Made by a program: the position numbers and the translations under genes. Shown here piece by piece: positions 6,636 to 16,389 of a stretch of DNA of 59,080 bases (the stretch's first letter is position 1; each line of letters begins with the position of its first letter). The stretch spans positions 1 through 59,080 of the forward strand of contig CAYWBK010000001.1 in NCBI GenBank assembly GCA_964455745.1, read 5' to 3'. This DNA comes from an uncultured Armatimonadia bacterium. GTDB taxonomy: Bacteria; Armatimonadota; Zipacnadia; Zipacnadales; CAYWBK01. The notes under the pieces were generated by a model, which worked only from the letters and a program-made list of their open reading frames with translations, did no database searches and had not been told where the DNA came from.

Positions 6636-7952
6636 ATGAATATTGTCGTTCTCATGCTCGACAGCCTCCGCGCCGATTGTGTGGGCTGCTATGGCAATTC
6701 GGACATCCATACTCCGAACATGGACGCTTTCGCGGCGCAGAGCATCCGCTTCACCCGCGCGTATCCCGAATCGCCGAACACCATCCCCGCGCGCACGGCG
6801 CTGGTGACCGGCTGCTACACCTTCATGAACCGCCCCTGGATGCCGCTGCGCGCCGATGACCTGCACATCGCCGAGCTTCTCCGCGAGCAAGGCTACCTCA
6901 CCGCTGCGTTCTCGGATACGCCGTTCAACAATGGCGCGAACATGACGCGAGGGTTCGACGAGTTCGTCCACTTCCCGATGGGCAAGTGCCTTCCGCCCAT
7001 CGAAGGCGAGACGCCGACCGAATCGGACGCGTACTTCCCGCCGGACTACTCGCCCCCGAAGGAAGTCAACTACTACCTGCGGACGATGGCAAACCGCGAG
7101 ATCTGCACCCGCAAGTACGGCAAGTATCTACCGGCGCTGATGGCCGATCAGGTGAACGACTGGCTGACGAAGCACCGCGAGGACAAGTTTCTCCTGTGGA
7201 TCGACAGCTTCGGCCCCCACGAGCCGTGGGACGCGCCCGAACCGTACCGCAGCATGTACGAGCCGCGTTTCGGCTACGAGGGCCGATACCTGCCGATGCC
7301 GATGGCCCCCTCGATGCACTGGATGGGCCCCGGGGACATCGAGCACGTGCGGGCGCTATACAAGGCCAGCACCACCGAGACGGACGACCAGCTCGTCGGG
7401 CCGGTGATCGCGCACCTCGACAGCCTGGGCCTCGCCGAAGACACGCTGGTCATCCTGATGAGCGATCACGGGGAGGAGTTGGGCGACCACGGCACGATCC
7501 GCAAGTTCGGGTATCCGCTGTATGACGAACTGTCGCGGGTGGTGTGGATGATGCGCCTGCCGGGCACGATCCCCGCGGGCGTGTGCAGCCCGGCTTTGAT
7601 CTCGAACATCGACTTTCTGCCGACCATCGCGCAGATGGCGGGCTTCGAGCTTCCGCGCACGGTGGACGGGGTGAGCCTGGCGCCGCTGGTGAAGGGGGAG
7701 GCGCCTTCCGTGCACGAGAAGCTGTACATGGGGGCGTGGAATGTGCGTTCCGGGGTGATTTGGGATCGGTACAAGTTCATCGACAACCGTGGAGAGAAGC
7801 CGAACGAGTTGTTCGACATGCTGTGCGATCCCCTGGAGCGGCACAACCTGGTCGAGGAGATGCCCGACCTTGCGCACCAACTGCACCGGGACCTATGGGA
7901 TTTCCACCAGCCGTGGAGCCTGAAGCTGAGCCGGCATCATAAGGTGGGGTGA
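6636..7952 (+). CDS. Sulfatase-like (alkaline-phosphatase superfamily) hydrolase with Thr at the formylglycine position
   Basis: MNIVVLMLDSLRAD..., signature T49-I-P-A-R53, later MSDHGEELGDHG. Start chosen at the ATG at 6636, not the longer ORF from 6432. Confidence 0.8.
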   Translation: MNIVVLMLDSLRADCVGCYGNSDIHTPNMDAFAAQSIRFTRAYPESPNTIPARTALVTGCYTFMNRPWMPLRADDLHIAELLREQGYLTAAFSDTPFNNGANMTRGFDEFVHFPMGKCLPPIEGETPTESDAYFPPDYSPPKEVNYYLRTMANREICTRKYGKYLPALMADQVNDWLTKHREDKFLLWIDSFGPHEPWDAPEPYRSMYEPRFGYEGRYLPMPMAPSMHWMGPGDIEHVRALYKASTTETDDQLVGPVIAHLDSLGLAEDTLVILMSDHGEELGDHGTIRKFGYPLYDELSRVVWMMRLPGTIPAGVCSPALISNIDFLPTIAQMAGFELPRTVDGVSLAPLVKGEAPSVHEKLYMGAWNVRSGVIWDRYKFIDNRGEKPNELFDMLCDPLERHNLVEEMPDLAHQLHRDLWDFHQPWSLKLSRHHKVG

Positions 7953-10411
7953 AGAAGAGGGTTCGGGCGGTGCAGCAACGAACCCGGGCTTCGCGCCCCA
8001 TCGTCTTTGGAGGACTACTGCAGGTGGAAGACACCGCGTCGAAGACACCCCGCCCCCACGCACGACTGATGACTGCCGCGGCATTGCTGGCGCTTGTCGC
8101 GCTTGTCGCTCTCGCATATATCCGGTCACTGGCCTTCGGCCAAGCACTCTATGCTTGCGACATCGGGCAGCAAGATTACCCCTGGCAAACCTACCTGGCT
8201 CAGGCCCGCCTGCACGGCGACTGGTTTCCGATCGTGAAGGAGGTGGCCTGCGGCCATCCCCTGTGGGCGGACGGACAGAGCGGGATACTGGACCCGCTCC
8301 ACCTGGTCTGCCTGCTTCCCTTCGCCTCAACTTGGACGTTCGGGCTGACCGTCTTCCTCCATTGCGTAGCCGCTGCCCTGGGGATGTTCCTGCTGGCGCG
8401 ACTGTTTCGGATCAGTCTCACCGGCAGCGTTGTCGCGGGCGCAACATTCGCGCTCTCCGGAGCCGTCGCGACGCACGAGTGGCCGTATCCTCTCATGGCC
8501 ACAGTGGTGTGGATGCCATGGGGTGCACTGGGCGGCATCGAGTGGGCCTACAGACGCACTAGCGGGTGGATGATCGTAGGCGTCCTCGCTGCCGTGTTCA
8601 GTGCGTCCAACCATCCGCAAGAGCTCATCTATACATTCTGCTTCATCGCCGCTGCCGCTCTCGCGTATCAGGCGCTCGTTGCATCGGGTGCAAGAGCGCT
8701 GGAGCGCCGGAGCATCGCAGTGGTTGGGCGCAGCCTCGCTCCCTTCGCATTGGGCCTGGTGTGCTCCGGGATTTGCCTCTATCCCGTGTACGTCATGATA
8801 CACACGTGCGGCGTGGAGCGCGGCGGATGGCGGTTCTTGATCTACGACTCACTGGGTCCGTGGAATCTGGTGACTGCCTTTCTGCCGAACTTCTTCGGAG
8901 CTCCGACTGCGGGCGGCACCTGGGGTACCGCCCAGGTTTGGGAGTCCAGTCTCTACCACGGGGGGCTGGCCGCGCTGCTCGTCCTCGTGGTCCGACCGAC
9001 GAGTGAAGCCCACAGGCGCGCATTCAGGCGCCTGGCTGTGGGCATCATCCTGTTCCTGTTCGTGGCGATGGGCGGGTACAACCCACTGTACCGTCTGGTG
9101 CCCTATCTGCCTGTACTGAACCGGTTCCGGTGTCCGGCCAGATGGGCCATTGTGTCGAGCGGTCTGTTCTGCCTGGCCGTCGGACTGGTGATAGACCGGC
9201 TGCGTCGGCCCGACAACTCCCAGCGGCTGTGGTCGGCATTGGCTCGTATGTGCCTTGGGGTGGGGCTGGCGTGCGGCTTTGCGGCGGCATGGGTGACATT
9301 CGGCAAGCCGATCAATCTCTGGTTGGTACAGAAGGTCATGCACAGGGCCGAGCAGGGAGCCCAGTTGTATGCCTCCTACGCCGGGTTCATCGCCTGTGAC
9401 GCCGCCGAACTGGCGGCTGTATGCCTCGCCGCAGGCTTGGCCTTTCTCGTCGCATCGCGACATCGCGGCTGGGAATCAAGGGCAGTCGGCGCTGCTGTGG
9501 TGCTCGCACTGGCGCAGGTGGTCGTATTCACCTGGCGCTTCGACCCGACGACGGCTCCTGACCGGATCTACCCTGCAGCATCTCTGGGCTCCATATTGGC
9601 GAGCGCCCAGGGCCCTACAGGGCGCGTCATGGTCACCGGCTACGGCGATGATGACACGATCCCGCCCGGCAGTCCTCTGAATTCGCCGCTCGATCCTCTC
9701 CCCGGCGCTCTTTTCGGCGTCAACCGACCGGATTTCTATGGCCCGATGGCGCCGCCGGTCTGCAAACTGATCCGCCACACGGGACATCTGCGGCTGCGGA
9801 GCCCCAGCGTGTCCGCGGCGCTGGGCTGCAACATCCTTTGCGCCGGTCCTGAAGCGGCTGATGTTCCGGCGGGATGGGAGCCTCTGGCACGCCACGATGA
9901 CGACCGCATCTACACGAACGGACTCTACTGCGGCCTGGCTTGGACAGTCAGCCAGAGCACAACCGATGAAGACCTCTGGCAGAGAGTGGAAAACCACGAG
10001 GCGGCTTTGGATGACATGCTCGTGCGGCCGGCGATCAGCCCCGTGGACAGCGGCACCCAGGCTGCGTCTGCAGCGACGCCCGCGCGCCACGTCGACCTCA
10101 CCGCCACAGAGCGCCGTAGCTACCGCTTCCACGTGGATGACGGCCCCAGGCAGTACCTGATCCTGGCGATTTCGAACCTGCCCGGCTGGTCCGCCACCGT
10201 CAACGGCACGCCGGCGCAAATCAGGACCGCCAACACCGCATTCATGGCTGTGGACCTGCCGACAGGGCCGTGCGACGTAGAGTTCAAATACGCGCCATAC
10301 GGGCTGCGGATCGGCGGGGCCATCAGCGCGCTCGGGCTGCTGTGCCTGTTGGTCGTGGTGTTCGCCGACAGACGCCCCACGCGCAGCGATGAGCCGGAGC
10401 CGCCTCGGTAG
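7949..10411 (+). CDS. YfhO-family polytopic membrane protein (putative glycosyl carrier-dependent transferase)
   Basis: Many N-terminal TM segments. C-terminal LPGWSATVNGTPAQI..FMAVDLPTGPCDVEFKYAPYGLRIGGAIS plus a final TM. GTG at 7949 overlaps the sulfatase TGA. Alternative ATG at 8069. Confidence 0.7.
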   Translation: MKKRVRAVQQRTRASRPIVFGGLLQVEDTASKTPRPHARLMTAAALLALVALVALAYIRSLAFGQALYACDIGQQDYPWQTYLAQARLHGDWFPIVKEVACGHPLWADGQSGILDPLHLVCLLPFASTWTFGLTVFLHCVAAALGMFLLARLFRISLTGSVVAGATFALSGAVATHEWPYPLMATVVWMPWGALGGIEWAYRRTSGWMIVGVLAAVFSASNHPQELIYTFCFIAAAALAYQALVASGARALERRSIAVVGRSLAPFALGLVCSGICLYPVYVMIHTCGVERGGWRFLIYDSLGPWNLVTAFLPNFFGAPTAGGTWGTAQVWESSLYHGGLAALLVLVVRPTSEAHRRAFRRLAVGIILFLFVAMGGYNPLYRLVPYLPVLNRFRCPARWAIVSSGLFCLAVGLVIDRLRRPDNSQRLWSALARMCLGVGLACGFAAAWVTFGKPINLWLVQKVMHRAEQGAQLYASYAGFIACDAAELAAVCLAAGLAFLVASRHRGWESRAVGAAVVLALAQVVVFTWRFDPTTAPDRIYPAASLGSILASAQGPTGRVMVTGYGDDDTIPPGSPLNSPLDPLPGALFGVNRPDFYGPMAPPVCKLIRHTGHLRLRSPSVSAALGCNILCAGPEAADVPAGWEPLARHDDDRIYTNGLYCGLAWTVSQSTTDEDLWQRVENHEAALDDMLVRPAISPVDSGTQAASAATPARHVDLTATERRSYRFHVDDGPRQYLILAISNLPGWSATVNGTPAQIRTANTAFMAVDLPTGPCDVEFKYAPYGLRIGGAISALGLLCLLVVVFADRRPTRSDEPEPPR

Positions 10412-10435
10412 GACGTCTGCCAGGAGGTCTACCCC

Positions 10436-13351
10436 ATGTCGCCGCTGTCACTGATTGCCCTGCTCCTCCCGCATTCGGTCCTCGGCGCAGAGGCCATCCG
10501 TCTGCCTGTGATCGCCGACACCTCGCTGCAGGCACATCCGAGCGAAGTCAACTGCAACAGCGGCGCGTCGAGCGTCATCCGCATCAAGGGCAATGAGCAC
10601 TACATGCTCCTGAAGTTCGATCTCGCGCCGCTGCAGGGACAGCGCGTCGCGCAGGCCACGCTGCACCTCCACAACGCCCACCCGAACCTGCTGCGCACGG
10701 TGGGCCTGTCTACCATCGCCGCCGACTGGCAGGAGGGCACCGGGACCGGCGGGCCGGCGACCGACGGCTGCACCTTCACCCGCGCCGTCTGGCCGGACAA
10801 GATGTGGGCCGGGCCGGGCAGCGACTTCCTCGATGTGGCGATCACCCACGGCAACACCATCGTCCGCTATGTGGACATCCGCCAGGAGCCGGACGACTGG
10901 TTCGCGGTCGATGTCGATCCGCTGCTCGTCGACGCGATGATGTGCGGCTTCTCGTATGGCCTGTGCCTGTCCGACGAGAAAGGCCAGACGATGGCCAACA
11001 ATGACGTCCACTCGCGCGAACAGAACGCCTTCGCCCCGTACATGGCGGTCGAACCCGAAATCCCCAGCGCGAGGCTGGCGGCGCTGACACTGGCCCCGGT
11101 CGCCGCCGAGCCCTGGCCGGCTGCGGCGACGTTCGACACCGGGGCGATCCGCGTGAGACTCACCTCGCCGGGCGCGCTGGGGTATCGGGTCCAGTGTGAC
11201 CCGGCATACTCCAGCAAGCGCACGGAACTGCCGCGCTACCTCATTCCCCAGCCTGCGCCTGCCGGGCAGGAGCAGTCCTTCGTCATCCCCGGCCTGAAGC
11301 CCGGTGTGCCTTACGAGGTCCGCGTGCAGGCCGTGGCGTACCTCGGTCGCGAGAGCAACGTGCAAGCGCTCGAGGCGACTGCGAGCGCGGCCAAGGCGAA
11401 GCCTGCTCCGCTGGCGGCCCCGCGGCCCGTTACCAAGGTACTTGCTCAGCCACAAGCAGTTGGCAGCCTACGCGCGTGGATCTGCCCGGCTGAATGCAAG
11501 GTGCATCCGGTAAGCGCCAATGTGCTTGAGGAGGTGGGCGCGGCCAGATATGGTGGACCGCTCGCCGGCGCGTATGCCGGACAGAATCCAGTGTGGCTGC
11601 GCGACACCGCTTACTGCAAAGGCGCGCGCGGCGAAGTCGTCGCAGTTCAACTCATCGTCGAGACGACCAAGGGCACGCCGGTCTCTTTCAGCGTCCAGTT
11701 CGCCCCCGGCGCGGCGAACCCGATGCCGAATCCCGTCGGCGTGTACCGCAACTGGTACGTGAATGACGGTGACTGGTACGCCGACTACATGGCCCCGATG
11801 CCCGACGGCAAGGCCATGATCCCCGCGCCGGACAATGCAGTTCCCGGCCAACGCAATCAGTCGTTCACCATTGTCTGGGAACTCCCGCGCGATGCCAGGC
11901 AGGGCGAGGCAACCGGCCAGGTGCGCGTTGTGCCTGATTCGGGCGGGCCCGGTCCCGTTATCCCGATCCGCATGTGGGTCCGCAACTTCGAGGTCCCCGC
12001 GAAGACGAGTTTCGAGCTGGACCTCAACTGCTACGGGCCGGTGTGCCAGGCCGCCAACTGGGACGATTATCTCGCCCGCGAGCGCAAGTTCTTCGCCGCG
12101 GCGCACGCCCTGCGCGGGACGCTCAACCCGCTGGGGTACTCGCACTCCGGCAACAACGACTTCGGCTGGGTACCGCAAGTCAGCGGCGCGGGCAAGGACA
12201 TCCGCGTCACCGACTGGAGCGTCTACGACCGGCACTGGGGGCCGTACCTCGACGGCAGCGCCTTCGGCGGGGTGAGGGCCGGGGTGCCGGTCTCACATAT
12301 CTATCTACCGCTGTACGAGGGCTGGCCGACGCCGATGGACGGCCATTACACCGGCGGGAACGACATCCGCAAGTACCCGGACAACATCATCGCCCACGCC
12401 ATGACGGCTCCGCCGGTCGAGCAGGCCTTCGACTCGACACTCAAGGAGGCGTTCGTATCGGTGACGCGGCAGTTCGTCGAGCACTTCGCCGAGCGCAGGT
12501 GGCTGCAGACCGACATGCAGTGCTACCAGAACGATAAGTACTACTACAAAGATGAGAAGTCGAACTTCCGGGGCATCTCCTGGTGGTTGCTCGACGAGCC
12601 GATGCACCGGGATGACTGGCTGGCGCTGCGGTTGTTTGCGGGGCTGTACCGGGAGGGCTTGAGGCTGGCAGGTGACACGCCGGCCCCACGGGGCCTGGCG
12701 GGCGAGACGCCCGCCCCACGCGTTGCGGCTGAAGGAATGCCCGCCGCACGCGGAGGCGAAGGGCCTGGCCCGCGCTTCATCTATCGGGGCGACATCTCGC
12801 GGCCCCAGTACCAGCGCGACTGGCTCGACGGGCGCATCGACCTGATGTGCGTCAGCTCGGAGTTGTTCGCGCACCCGCAATACTGCCGGCGTTTCCGCGA
12901 CCAGGGCGTGACCCTGTGGCATTACGGCGAGGCGAACCCGATCTCGCAGACGAATCTGACGGCGGTCGGCTGGGCGCTGAAGGCCTACTGCGCCGGGGCC
13001 GACGGCATCCTGCCCTGGAACTCCATCGGGGGTCCGGGGGCCCTCACGCAGCCGGACCCGACCGGGCTGCTCATCCCCGGAGACCGCTTCGGCGCCACGG
13101 GGCCGGTCGTCAGCCTGCGGCTTCTCGCGCTGTGTCGCGGGCAGGAGGATGTGGAGTACCTGAACCTGTTGGCGAAGCGACGCGGATATGACCGGGACCA
13201 GATGGCGCGACTGGTGAGCGACTTCGTCGGGCTGTCGGGCCGGCAGCAACAGACATCCGCCGAGGACGCCGGGCGTCTGCAGTTCGACATGCTATCGCCC
13301 GAGCAGTTCTCCGAACTGAGGGAGGCGGTCGCGCGGGAGTTGGAGAAGTGA
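10436..13351 (+). CDS. Secreted multidomain glycoside-hydrolase-like protein (N-terminal DNRLRE/CBM-like domain, FN3, DUF4091/GH123-like C-terminal part)
   Basis: SD AGGAGG lies 8 nt upstream. Signal peptide present. YMLLKFDLAPLQGQRVAQATLHLH, PGLKPGVPYEVRVQAV, ...GILPWNSIGG. Confidence 0.65.
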   Translation: MSPLSLIALLLPHSVLGAEAIRLPVIADTSLQAHPSEVNCNSGASSVIRIKGNEHYMLLKFDLAPLQGQRVAQATLHLHNAHPNLLRTVGLSTIAADWQEGTGTGGPATDGCTFTRAVWPDKMWAGPGSDFLDVAITHGNTIVRYVDIRQEPDDWFAVDVDPLLVDAMMCGFSYGLCLSDEKGQTMANNDVHSREQNAFAPYMAVEPEIPSARLAALTLAPVAAEPWPAAATFDTGAIRVRLTSPGALGYRVQCDPAYSSKRTELPRYLIPQPAPAGQEQSFVIPGLKPGVPYEVRVQAVAYLGRESNVQALEATASAAKAKPAPLAAPRPVTKVLAQPQAVGSLRAWICPAECKVHPVSANVLEEVGAARYGGPLAGAYAGQNPVWLRDTAYCKGARGEVVAVQLIVETTKGTPVSFSVQFAPGAANPMPNPVGVYRNWYVNDGDWYADYMAPMPDGKAMIPAPDNAVPGQRNQSFTIVWELPRDARQGEATGQVRVVPDSGGPGPVIPIRMWVRNFEVPAKTSFELDLNCYGPVCQAANWDDYLARERKFFAAAHALRGTLNPLGYSHSGNNDFGWVPQVSGAGKDIRVTDWSVYDRHWGPYLDGSAFGGVRAGVPVSHIYLPLYEGWPTPMDGHYTGGNDIRKYPDNIIAHAMTAPPVEQAFDSTLKEAFVSVTRQFVEHFAERRWLQTDMQCYQNDKYYYKDEKSNFRGISWWLLDEPMHRDDWLALRLFAGLYREGLRLAGDTPAPRGLAGETPAPRVAAEGMPAARGGEGPGPRFIYRGDISRPQYQRDWLDGRIDLMCVSSELFAHPQYCRRFRDQGVTLWHYGEANPISQTNLTAVGWALKAYCAGADGILPWNSIGGPGALTQPDPTGLLIPGDRFGATGPVVSLRLLALCRGQEDVEYLNLLAKRRGYDRDQMARLVSDFVGLSGRQQQTSAEDAGRLQFDMLSPEQFSELREAVARELEK
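12665..12753. repeat. Three REP-like units embedded in frame in the CDS
   Basis: ctggcaggtgacacgccggccccacgg, cctggcgggcgagacgcccgccccacgcg and gaaggaatgcccgccgcacgcgg encode LAGDTPAPRGLAGETPAPRVAAEGMPAARGG. The same repeat occurs in intergenic regions at 38.7, 40.0 and 44.6 kb. Confidence 0.6.
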
Positions 13352-13426
13352 GGGCGGGGGCGCCGTCCCAGCGTCGCCGAGCGATGTCGGCGTCCATATC
13401 CGTTCAAATATGAGGCTACCGCAGCT

Positions 13427-15403
13427 ATGCGCAGATTCGCACTCATCGCGGTCGTATGCAGCACCCTTACCGCACAACTAGCCGTGTCCGCAGCCGATGA
13501 CGACCCCAGGTTCAGCCATGCCCGGGATGCCGTCACCATCGCGGTCATGGACCAGACGCTCACCGTCTCGTTGACCGACGGCAGCTTGCACCTCGCCTCG
13601 CCCTCCGGCGACTGCACCCTTGATCCTTCGCTGCAATTGGGCGACGGCTGGACCGCCCCGTCGAAGGCGGAGAAACAGCCGGTGGTGTCCTCGAGCGCAG
13701 GCAGGCTCGAGGTGGACATCACCTATCCCGTCAAGGACGAGCGCGAGTTTCTGATCCGCGTCGAGGCCCTGCGCGGCATACCGGCGGTGTTCGTCACCAG
13801 CAAGCTGAGGGTGCTCTCGGGCACGCGAGGGCAGTACTACTACTGGCAGAGCAACATCAGCGCCGACCGATACTCGGCCCCCGGCGCACAGGGCGTCGAG
13901 GCCATCCCCTTCCGCACGAAGGAGTGGGACAGCATCCCCTGGCGCAACTGGTGGCACTTCCCGAAGGCCGAGGGCGGCATCGCTGTTTTCCCGACGAATA
14001 TGGCCGGCCGCGGCCCCGGAGAGACCGGCAGCGTGTTCCTGCACGCGCTGCCGCGCTCGACCACGCTCTCGCCGGGAGAGACGCTCAACGCGAGCTTCGG
14101 GCTGGCGGGAGTGAAGGATGCCGGGGCGGCTGCGGCGCTGTTCGCGAAGACGCCCCCGCACATCATCCTCGCACTCGATCCCTTCACTGAGGCCCGGCAG
14201 GCGAGCAAGATCGACGTGGGGAAGGCCGCCCCGAACTGGCTGCGCGAGGCGGAGGCTTACAACCTGTACTATCGGTCATCACCGGACTGGACCGACGACG
14301 TGGTCCATAGCAAGCTACAGCGCTTCCCGTTCATCATAGGCAGTACACCGGATAGGAAAGCGCTCGAACGCTGCCACAAGGCCGGGGTGAAGCTGCTGCA
14401 CTATGTGGTCTACACGTGCCTCCTCGACACCGACATGCAGAAGGCCGGCGGGGGCAAGGTCTACAGTGAGTGGTACGAGTCGATCGACAATGAGAGCCGC
14501 GACCTCAAGGACCACCCGGACTGGAAGTGCATCGACGACAAGGGGCAAGTTGAAAGAGATGCCTGGGGGAAAGACCACGGGCACCCCGGCCTGCTGAATA
14601 CCTGCCTGCACCAGAAAGGCCTGCATGAGGCGGCGGTGCGACAAGTGCGGATGCTCATGGAAATGGGCTACGACGGGGTCTTCATCGACCTCGCCGGCCC
14701 CACGGTCGAGTGCTATGGCCCGCAGTTCGGCAAGCACACGCACACCGACGGGCGCAAGACGAACACGGAGGCCTACGAGGACCTCCTGCGCGAGATCTAC
14801 CAGACGGTGAAGAGCTTCGGCAATGACCGCGTCGTGATCCAGAACACCTGCACTTCGACGCTGGGCAGCCACTGGGCATACACGGACGCGCAGATGCTCG
14901 AGGCCTTCCCGTATGGCGAGGGTTCGACCGACCTGCGCTCCACCTGGCCGGAGATGCGCTGGTCTGTTGCGCGGCACGATGAGGCCCTCGCGCGCGGGAA
15001 GGTCATCGTGACGCTCCCCTACTTCGGCGGCGCGATGTCAGACCGGATGAAGGATGCGGCGCTGCTGTCCTACGCCTATTCGCGCCTGTACGGTCCATTG
15101 TGGGCAGACGGGTACACGCTGGCGGGGATCAAAGGCGGGGAGGCGTTCGCGGATGCGGTGTACGGGATTCGCCTGGGGAGGCCGACTTCGGACCTCAAGC
15201 GCATAGGCGGGGTGCAGTACCGAGCGTTCGAGAAAGGCGTGGCACTCCTAAACCCGGACGCGTGGGCGGAGACGGTGAAGGTGCCGGTGGCCGGTACGAA
15301 GGCCTTACGGGATGTCGGCTGGGACCGGAACCTGACGCCGGAGGGCGGGAGTGTGTGCGTGGAGATGCCGGCGCAGTCGGGGAGGGTGCTGGTGAGGGAA
15401 TAG
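13427..15403 (+). CDS. Secreted TIM-barrel glycoside-hydrolase-like protein (GH114/GHL-type guess)
   Basis: Signal peptide MRRFALIAVVCSTLTAQLAVSAA. MGYDGVFIDLAGP...VVIQNTC block. Confidence 0.55.
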   Translation: MRRFALIAVVCSTLTAQLAVSAADDDPRFSHARDAVTIAVMDQTLTVSLTDGSLHLASPSGDCTLDPSLQLGDGWTAPSKAEKQPVVSSSAGRLEVDITYPVKDEREFLIRVEALRGIPAVFVTSKLRVLSGTRGQYYYWQSNISADRYSAPGAQGVEAIPFRTKEWDSIPWRNWWHFPKAEGGIAVFPTNMAGRGPGETGSVFLHALPRSTTLSPGETLNASFGLAGVKDAGAAAALFAKTPPHIILALDPFTEARQASKIDVGKAAPNWLREAEAYNLYYRSSPDWTDDVVHSKLQRFPFIIGSTPDRKALERCHKAGVKLLHYVVYTCLLDTDMQKAGGGKVYSEWYESIDNESRDLKDHPDWKCIDDKGQVERDAWGKDHGHPGLLNTCLHQKGLHEAAVRQVRMLMEMGYDGVFIDLAGPTVECYGPQFGKHTHTDGRKTNTEAYEDLLREIYQTVKSFGNDRVVIQNTCTSTLGSHWAYTDAQMLEAFPYGEGSTDLRSTWPEMRWSVARHDEALARGKVIVTLPYFGGAMSDRMKDAALLSYAYSRLYGPLWADGYTLAGIKGGEAFADAVYGIRLGRPTSDLKRIGGVQYRAFEKGVALLNPDAWAETVKVPVAGTKALRDVGWDRNLTPEGGSVCVEMPAQSGRVLVRE

Positions 15404-15413
15404 CGAGGCGGCG

Positions 15414-15677
15414 TCACATCCGCATGGGCGAGGCGGTGGGCAGGCGGCCTCTGCTACGTCCGACGAAGTAGTAGATTAGCGCGCCGAGGAAATGCACGAA
15501 GATGATGACCAGAACCCACAGAAGCTTCTCGGTCGAGTCGGGGAACTCGCGGCGGAGGCAGTCGATCAGCGCCGCGATCCACAGGACGCATGCGGCAACG
15601 CCGACCAGGATGACGAACCCATAGAAGGCGATAACCGCGACTACGAGTGCGGTTTCCGGCGCTGTGGAATGGTCCAT
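15414..15677 (-). CDS. PLD-nuclease N-terminal (PLDc_N) domain small membrane protein
   Basis: WIAALIDCLRREF..KLLWVLVIIFVHFLGALIYYFVGR; 87 aa, two TM segments. Confidence 0.75.
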   Translation of the reverse strand: MDHSTAPETALVVAVIAFYGFVILVGVAACVLWIAALIDCLRREFPDSTEKLLWVLVIIFVHFLGALIYYFVGRSRGRLPTASPMRM

Positions 15678-15723
15678 CGCTTTGGCCCCCTGGCTTAGTC
15701 ATCCGTATCCGTATGTGCGCCGA

Positions 15724-15951
15724 CTACTTGAGCAGCCGCTGGAACTCCTCGACCGTCATGCCGGCCTGCGCCAAGATGCGCCGCAGTGTTCCCGGCGGAA
15801 CGTCGCGTCCGCCGTGGCGAGGGACTGCGACCAGTTGCTGGCGTTCGGGGTGGACGAGAATTGTGTGGCTGCCCTCTCTGTCAATCTCGAACCCGGCTGA
15901 TAGCAGCGCGGCAATGATCTCCCGCGCCGAGACGACAGGCAGCTTAGGCAC
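15724..15951 (-). CDS. hicA: HicA-family mRNA interferase toxin
   Basis: MPKLPVVSAREIIAALLSAGFEIDREGSHTILVHP...VPRHGGRDVPPGTLRRIL; 75 aa. Overlaps hicB by 8 nt. Confidence 0.85.
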   Translation of the reverse strand: MPKLPVVSAREIIAALLSAGFEIDREGSHTILVHPERQQLVAVPRHGGRDVPPGTLRRILAQAGMTVEEFQRLLK

Positions 15952-16291
15952 TGGCCGCCTCCCAGCGTACAGGCAGCCTGTAGACCGATATCTCGGGTGA
16001 TTCCGTCATGTCGACGGTGACGCGAGGGTTGTCGGCGGGAATGGGCCAGTCGTGGTCACGCAGTGTCGCCACGTACAGTGACATGGCTTCCTGCACCATC
16101 ATCAGCGCTTCGGGAAGGGTGTCGCCGAAGCTCGCACAGTCGTTCAGCGCAGGGACATACGCCGTATACCGGCCGTCATCCTCGCGAAGGACTACGACTG
16201 TGTAGATCGTGCCAGGCTCTTCACGACGCCGGGATCGCCGTGGCGTCCGCGTCATTCGCTCCTTACTCGCGACGGGGGCCCTAATGACCAT
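15944..16291 (-). CDS. hicB: HicB-family antitoxin
   Basis: ATG at 16291 follows AGGAGG-cgaacg. YTVVVLREDDGRYTAYVPALNDCASFGDTLPEALMMVQEAM. Confidence 0.8.
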   Translation of the reverse strand: MVIRAPVASKERMTRTPRRSRRREEPGTIYTVVVLREDDGRYTAYVPALNDCASFGDTLPEALMMVQEAMSLYVATLRDHDWPIPADNPRVTVDMTESPEISVYRLPVRWEAASA

Positions 16292-16309
16292 CGTTCGCCT
16301 CCTGGGTAG

Positions 16310-16338
16310 ATTATAGCCAGACCTGCCGCCGGGCACAA
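16310..16338 (-). promoter_or_regulatory. Sigma70-like promoter candidate for hicBA
   Basis: Minus-sense TTGTGC (16338-16333), 17-nt spacer, TATAAT (16315-16310), just upstream of the SD. Confidence 0.45.
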
Positions 16339-16389
16339 CGGGCAGCCTGCGCGGGGTCACGGCGTCCGAGACCTGGGGCTTCTGCCCGA

